A stretch of DNA of 62,144 bases, the filler included, from Stramenopiles sp. TOSAG23-3 (lineage: Eukaryota): NCBI GenBank assembly GCA_900128585.1. It is 6 parts of 6 records of this genome, joined end to end, with 100 filler letters (N's around TTAATTAATTAA, not from the genome) between each part and the next. Parts side by side here need not be neighbours in the genome. Positions count along the whole stretch, not along the records: positions 56,236 to 58,138 come from LT645257.1; positions 58,239 to 60,141 come from LT645258.1; positions 60,242 to 62,144 come from LT645259.1; 3 more parts are not named here. The stretch is one strand, 5' to 3'. The notes under the pieces are model-generated. The model ran no database searches and had not been told where the DNA came from. It saw only the letters and a program-made list of their open reading frames with translations. Each line of letters begins with the position of its first letter. The stretch's first letter is position 1. The position numbers and the translations under genes are program-made. Below, in pieces: positions 57,049-62,144 of the stretch.

Positions 57049-57610
57049 CTAGGTCGATCCGAAAACGCAGGATGTGCCAAAATTCGAAAGCAAAGCGTCA
57101 CAGGCCCCATTCGGGTTCATCCACCCGTCTCTCATTCCGCCCATCCCAGAGATAGCATTTTTCGACTTTCGAGCACAGCCGGTCAACCACGTCTGCCCTT
57201 CCCCGTTGCAGTCCGGTGCCCCCCCCCACAGCCTGGCCCAAAGACGGATCCCACGCCTCCATGCCCTCGGGTTCGTCTCCCCCCATGGATAGAGCATTTG
57301 GCAAGGGCAACGCCGCCGCTCGCTTGAGATTTGTGCTGCCGGACAAACGTCCTTGGCCTGCATCGCCGTTTCGCCGTATCTCTATCAAGGCTGCGGCTCG
57401 TGCTCCACTCCGTTTCACGCGCAACAAATTATGGTACAGTTGCTGGACCACTTCATTTCTATCTATGTTTGGGTAAGCTTGTGCATTCTTTGCGACGGAA
57501 TGTTCTATGCGATCGTAGAGCTCCTTATCGTACATACCCTTGTCCGCCACGACCGTACCAACAACAAGGACCAGAAGAACGGACGCAACAATAGCACGCA
57601 CGAAAACCAT
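57049..57610 (-). CDS. Putative secreted protein with an uncertain C-terminus (possible frameshift at a G9 run)
   Basis: ATG 57610 gives a signal-peptide-like start MVFVRAIVASVLLVLVVGTVVA; this frame stops at 57098; a Cys-spaced alternative frame begins at the C9 run 57219-57227 and stops at 57049. Confidence 0.6.
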
Positions 57611-57956
57611 CCTTCCCTGTAAAACGTATAAAACAAAAAGAAGGGGGAAACAAAACAAAAACCAAATACAGCACGTACCCAATCACACCAAACCAAAGCG
57701 CGCCATAATGGTTTTCGCGAACTACTGAACACAATTTATTCCTCTGGTTTACTATATATAATAATTTATATATAAAACAAACAAAGAAAGAGAAGAAACA
57801 TGAAATAATTGTTATAAAAAATATAATAATAATAATAATAGAACCGACTACACAACACCGTATATTACATACTCTTCTCATACTTACTTTTTAAATTATA
57901 TACTATCCCTCTCCCATCTCCCATCGTCCTCCTCCTCCTCCTTTTCCTTCATCTTA

Positions 57957-58138
57957 GAGAAGGAAGGAAGGAAGGAAGAGAAGGAATAGAAGGAAGGAAG
58001 AGAAGGAAGGAAGGAAGGAAGGAAGGAAGGAATAGAAGGAAGGAAGAGAAGGAAGGAAAGAAGGAATAGAAGGAAGGAAGAGAAGGAAGGAATAGAAGGA
58101 AGGAAGAGAAGGAAGGAATAGAAGGAAGGAAGAGAAGG
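57957..58138. repeat. (GAAG)n-derived microsatellite/minisatellite at contig end
   Basis: Repeated GAAGGAAGGAATAGAAGGAAGGAAGA units. Confidence 0.9.
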
Positions 58139-58238
58139 NNNNNNNNNNNNNNNNNNNNNNNNNNNNNNNNNNNNNNNNNNNNTTAATTAATTAANNNNNN
58201 NNNNNNNNNNNNNNNNNNNNNNNNNNNNNNNNNNNNNN
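58139..58238. other. Artificial contig-joining linker
   Basis: N44-TTAATTAATTAA-N44. Confidence 0.97.
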
Positions 58239-58260
58239 TAAGTTTATGGTTGATGTGTTT

Positions 58261-58446
58261 AAAAACAAAACATTTGGCGCTGTTATATTTTTTAAGTGTA
58301 ATATTAAAAATTTTACCTTTCCTTCTTCTTCACGTCGGTGTTTTTAAATAAAATGTTGTAGGGAGCAGATTCATTTTCGCGGTACATTGTAGTCTAATGA
58401 GGAAGACAAATTTTAATTTACTTTACAGCCAATTTTTTGTTTTTTT
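58261..58446. repeat. Short degenerate copy of the dispersed inverted-repeat element
   Basis: AAAAACAAAACATTTGGCGCTGTTA (+, 58261-58285), TACAGCCAATTTTTTGTTTTTT (-, 58424-58445), internal TTCGCGGTACATT. Confidence 0.65.
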
Positions 58447-58535
58447 ATCAAAAAATAAAATAGTGGCGAACAACCAACGGAAGAAGAAGAAAAACAAAAC
58501 AAGTGAAGAGGGTCGGTATGAAAAAAGTGTGTTTT

Positions 58536-59861
58536 TTAATGTTGCTTTGATTTTCCTTTTTTAAAGGCAGAGACGGCGTGCAATTTAATGAGCGCATGGT
58601 GCGTATGAAAACGCCCTTCGATGGGTCCAATGTTTGGGTCAAAGGCTTCGGTCAACGAGTGCAAAATTACGAACAACAGGCCAAAGCATAGCATGTGGCA
58701 GCCTGTCATGCCCATGGCCTTCAAGTTGTCCGCCATGAACGGCAGTACTAACAACGCGACCGTCGTCAAGAATCGGCAGAGGAGCATCTTCCAGTTGCTC
58801 CAACGCTCCCCCATTTGCATCCACTCCACTGTTTGTCGCAAAACAGTGTGCGTTGCCAGCGAAAACGAGAACAAACAGATCACTGGAAATGGCGGCGCAG
58901 TGTGCAAGTACCGCTGCAGCAACATTCGCAAGCCTACGCCAAAGGCAACAAAGATAAAGGCCTGGATGTACTTTATGTGCATCCAAGAGACCCCCAGTGT
59001 CCCAGATCTTCGGAGAACGTGGCGGTCGGCGTGGAACTCTGCTGTGGAATACTCCGTGAACATCAGGCAGCAGGTGAGGAGAACGCCGGCGATGAACGAG
59101 GCGTAGAAACTCCACAATATCTCGTGGTTTACGGATGCCAAAGTGAGGGAGAGCACACCCTCCCCGATCATCAACATGATGAGCTCGCCCACCCGGTGGG
59201 TTAAGTACGTAATGTGCAGCGGGACAATGCACTCCCGGGACAGTTTTATCTGAAAGACGATTCTACCAAACATAATTAGCTGCTCCAACAAGAAGCTGGC
59301 GTAGCAAAGCACCAGGACCCAGTGGACGTTCGACTTTTTCCTGCTCTCCTGGATTGCCCAGGCGTCGATGCACACGGTCAGTGCCTTCAGAACAAGTTGA
59401 AACTGGGAGAACGACCTTTCGTTTGCGGCGGTGGCGAAGAACGAGATCTCTGACCACTTCAAGATGTACAAGACCTTGTGCAAAAAAAGCCCCACGCAGA
59501 ACCCCTGTATGTTTGCCGTGGCAACATCCTCGTCGTGCGAGTGTAAGCTTCCTATGTGCACGGCAATCAACGCGACGAAACAGAACTCTAACAGCTCCGC
59601 GAATTTATGGACCATATCGTTCACATCAAAGCGCGCAGTCAGCGAAAGCTTGCTGTGCCACGCACCAATGAGTATCAAGAAAACCATCATGCTATCAAAC
59701 ACTCCCCAAGCGCTGACACCGGTGTGTTCGAGCATATGCCCCACTGTGAACGCTACACCAACAAATATGAGATCAAAAAACAGATCGCCCCACTGCACGT
59801 GCGGCGCCTCTTCGGTTTCCCCCCACTGCTTTATCGCAGCCGGCGTGTCGTAGAACTTCAT
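58536..59861 (-). CDS. Low temperature requirement A (LtrA)-like membrane protein
   Basis: WGDLFFDLIFV near the N-terminus, ARFD, HRVGELIMLMIGEGV; many TM helices. Confidence 0.82.
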   Translation of the reverse strand: MKFYDTPAAIKQWGETEEAPHVQWGDLFFDLIFVGVAFTVGHMLEHTGVSAWGVFDSMMVFLILIGAWHSKLSLTARFDVNDMVHKFAELLEFCFVALIAVHIGSLHSHDEDVATANIQGFCVGLFLHKVLYILKWSEISFFATAANERSFSQFQLVLKALTVCIDAWAIQESRKKSNVHWVLVLCYASFLLEQLIMFGRIVFQIKLSRECIVPLHITYLTHRVGELIMLMIGEGVLSLTLASVNHEILWSFYASFIAGVLLTCCLMFTEYSTAEFHADRHVLRRSGTLGVSWMHIKYIQAFIFVAFGVGLRMLLQRYLHTAPPFPVICLFSFSLATHTVLRQTVEWMQMGERWSNWKMLLCRFLTTVALLVLPFMADNLKAMGMTGCHMLCFGLLFVILHSLTEAFDPNIGPIEGRFHTHHALIKLHAVSAFKKGKSKQH

Positions 59862-60141
59862 GCTGGAAAAAAAACAACGGTTGTAAAGAGTGTATTAATC
59901 ACGACCGTTAGTACCGAGCGTGCGTGTTTGTCTGTTTTACCTTGTAATGAATATCACGCACCATCGTGACATAGCCAAAGAAGAATGGAAGTAAAGAAAC
60001 GAAAGAAACGAAAGAAACGAAAGAAAAAAGGACATAATGGGGGAGGAGAAGAATGATTGTATATGTGATTGGTATGATAATAATAATACGGAGGGAGGAA
60101 TGGAGAAGAAGAATGAAGAAGAATTAATAAAAGAAGAAGAA

Positions 60142-60241
60142 NNNNNNNNNNNNNNNNNNNNNNNNNNNNNNNNNNNNNNNNNNNNTTAATTAATTAANNN
60201 NNNNNNNNNNNNNNNNNNNNNNNNNNNNNNNNNNNNNNNNN
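60142..60241. other. Artificial contig-joining linker
   Basis: N44-TTAATTAATTAA-N44. Confidence 0.97.
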
Positions 60242-60496
60242 GAATGCAAAGATTGCGTTGCCGAAAAATGTTTACGAAATTCAACGGCGTGGTACTGGGG
60301 AGTGGAGCGTCCGGCAGGCGACAGCCCAAGCGCTTACATGGCCCCCACTCCTTTTCAGCCCTATCGAAGTGTCAAAATCTATCGCCAGGACACTTCATCG
60401 TACGAATGGTGTCTTTTCATCGCTAGCTGCGTTCTGGCGTTTGTGTGGCAGAAACTTGGACAGCTCCTTGTAGCCACGAAAGTGAAGGAGTTCTAA
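60242..60496 (+). CDS. 3' fragment of a membrane protein with a KxKxx ER-retrieval tail
   Basis: Frame open from the contig edge: ECKDCVAEKC...WCLFIASCVLAFVW...TKVKEF*. Confidence 0.6.
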   Translation, partial: ECKDCVAEKCLRNSTAWYWGVERPAGDSPSAYMAPTPFQPYRSVKIYRQDTSSYEWCLFIASCVLAFVWQKLGQLLVATKVKEF

Positions 60497-60661
60497 AAAT
60501 GTACCGATTAAAATGTGTAACTTTTTATGATAAAGTTAAGCTTTCTCTGGCTTTTTTAAAAAATTATTGTGCAAGAAGCTTAAAACACATAAATTATGTT
60601 CATTCTTATTATATGATTCTTACTCTCTTGTCTTTTCTTTTTGCAAACGGCATGGGCGTGG

Positions 60662-61921
60662 TCACTCCTGTTTCAAAATTTTCTCGCCCGCAAAGCGTTC
60701 CTCTTCCGTGGAAGCACTGGTTACGTCTTTCTCCACTAGGCACGGAGAGAGAATCGTAACGGCAAGAAAGCAAAAAGCAGCAAGAAACACTGGAACCGTC
60801 ACCCCTTGCTTCTCCACGAGCACACCGTTAATGGCCGGGGCACCGGCTCGGCAAATGCTAACTACGCTCCCGGCAACGCCTAGCACCTCCCCGTAAAACC
60901 CTTTCCCCCCCGAATTTGCAATCAACGTGGTCATTGTCACTTTCACTACAGCACTCGCAGTGGCCATCAAAGCCAGAAACAGCGCGAACGTAACCAAATC
61001 CTTCGTTACAGCCATACCCACGCAGGATCCAGCCAAACAGAGCGGGAAAAAAATCAACAGCTGCTTGGCGCTGAAGCCTTTTGTCAAGGGCCCCACAAAA
61101 ACAATCTGGGCAAGAACGCTGATGATGGAAAAGAACGATATGATCTTCCCTTTCATGGCTACATCCAGGTCATCGTGGTGAAACTCCAAAAGCATGAAAA
61201 CATTCGCACGGAACATGATGACACCACAAGACATGAACAGTTTAATTATCATTAATTTTTGAACGCTCCATTTCAACGATGCAAATTTCGACAGAAACGA
61301 CTTTTCTTCAGATGATGTATCGGTCTTTGACTTCTTCTCGGGAAAGCCAGCCTTGGTTTGGATTCCTGGTGGATTCTGAAGAAAGACCATAATGATCCCT
61401 GCATTAACGAAAAATAGCGCAACAGCAATGAAAAATGGAACCCTATAGCCAAAATTCTTCGCTACGTACCCCCCGCACATAGGGCCTATCATAAATCCTA
61501 CTGAAATTGCAGCGCTCAAGTGCGACAGGTCTTTCATCTGCGTGCTGCTGGTGGTAATGTCGGAAAGCCATGCCTTGGCCAACGTCTGCGTTTGGCGCAC
61601 TACGCCCACAACAACGCGACTGACAAAAACCATGAACAAGGAGGTTGCTGCCCCCAGGAGCCCGTACCCAAACGCGCCGACAACAACGCAAATAATTAGA
61701 ACTTGCTTTCTGTCGAAACGGTCCGATACGATTCCAACAAACGGACCAGAGATCAACTGGACAATGCCGTACAAAGAACCCATCATGCCCATTGTAGAAG
61801 GGCTTGCACCGAGAGTCTCACGCATAAATGGGGTCAGCAAGGGAACAATCAATCCCACGGCAAGCATATCCAAAGCTACGACTGCCAACAAAAACTTTTT
61901 CTCTTTCCCACTACACGGCAT
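60662..61921 (-). CDS. Major facilitator superfamily transporter (DHA1/MFSD9-like)
   Basis: LDMLAVGLIVPLL, MFS motif A GIVSDRFDRK, SRVVVG, GFMIGPMCGG; 12 TM; likely ATG at 61921 (MPCSGK). Confidence 0.92.
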   Translation of the reverse strand: MPCSGKEKKFLLAVVALDMLAVGLIVPLLTPFMRETLGASPSTMGMMGSLYGIVQLISGPFVGIVSDRFDRKQVLIICVVVGAFGYGLLGAATSLFMVFVSRVVVGVVRQTQTLAKAWLSDITTSSTQMKDLSHLSAAISVGFMIGPMCGGYVAKNFGYRVPFFIAVALFFVNAGIIMVFLQNPPGIQTKAGFPEKKSKTDTSSEEKSFLSKFASLKWSVQKLMIIKLFMSCGVIMFRANVFMLLEFHHDDLDVAMKGKIISFFSIISVLAQIVFVGPLTKGFSAKQLLIFFPLCLAGSCVGMAVTKDLVTFALFLALMATASAVVKVTMTTLIANSGGKGFYGEVLGVAGSVVSICRAGAPAINGVLVEKQGVTVPVFLAAFCFLAVTILSPCLVEKDVTSASTEEERFAGEKILKQE

Positions 61922-62144
61922 TTTTCTCTTCTCAGAAGATTTTTTATTGTACAATAACAGATGGGCGTGTTGTAGATAGAACAAACGATTATTATTATTA
62001 TTCTACCAGTTCAACAACAAACTGAGAAATAGGTGAAATAAACAAAATGTCATTTCTTATATATATACCTGCGTTTGATTTCTTTCATTAATTTGGTTTG
62101 ATTTTTTTTGATTTTGATTTTGATTGCGTGAACTATATTATAAT

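Noticed and set aside
56136-57610. Signal-peptide gene at 57610 as the missing 5' end of the cadherin
   Set aside because: It lies on a different contig across an artificial linker
5144-58446. 23-bp repeats as a CRISPR array
   Set aside because: Dispersed, in both orientations, irregularly spaced, no cas genes, eukaryotic context
18683-60241. Repeated TTAATTAATTAA palindromes inside N runs
   Set aside because: Five identical 100-nt linkers joining size-sorted contigs; an assembly concatenation artefact
1-62144. tRNA, rRNA or transposase/reverse-transcriptase genes
   Set aside because: None recognised by eye; tRNAscan-SE, Infernal and HMM scans would be needed to exclude them

Overview
Eukaryotic DNA, probably from a stramenopile protist (it carries a nine-TM cadherin), in a concatenated draft or metagenome assembly. 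Five artificial 100-nt linkers (N44-TTAATTAATTAA-N44) join six contigs of 18682, 18674, 18579, 1903, 1903 and 1903 nt, so gene neighbourhoods across linkers mean nothing. About 26 nearly intron-free genes sit as GC-richer islands between AT-rich spacers. Recognisable products include a calpain-like/EF-hand protein, a Greatwall/Rim15-type kinase, two HAD hydrolases, a TrhO-like rhodanese, a CoA-binding+MetY fusion, two LRR proteins, a Nudix hydrolase, a B-box protein, a metallophosphoesterase, PIG-B, Mpv17, a giant cadherin-TIG-9TM protein, LtrA and an MFS transporter. Most notable: (1) one ORF fusing an erythromycin-esterase domain, a Ubc6/UBE2J-type E2, a RING-CH E3 and a DUF179-like domain; (2) HAD and TrhO ORFs in one frame separated by a single TGA; (3) a dispersed family of inverted-repeat-bounded AT-rich elements concentrated at gene 3' ends; (4) a possible multi-core peptide precursor with repeated acidic spacers; (5) a bacterial-type CoA-binding/MetY fusion with a putative mitochondrial presequence. 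All calls come from reading motifs by eye; no database search was run.
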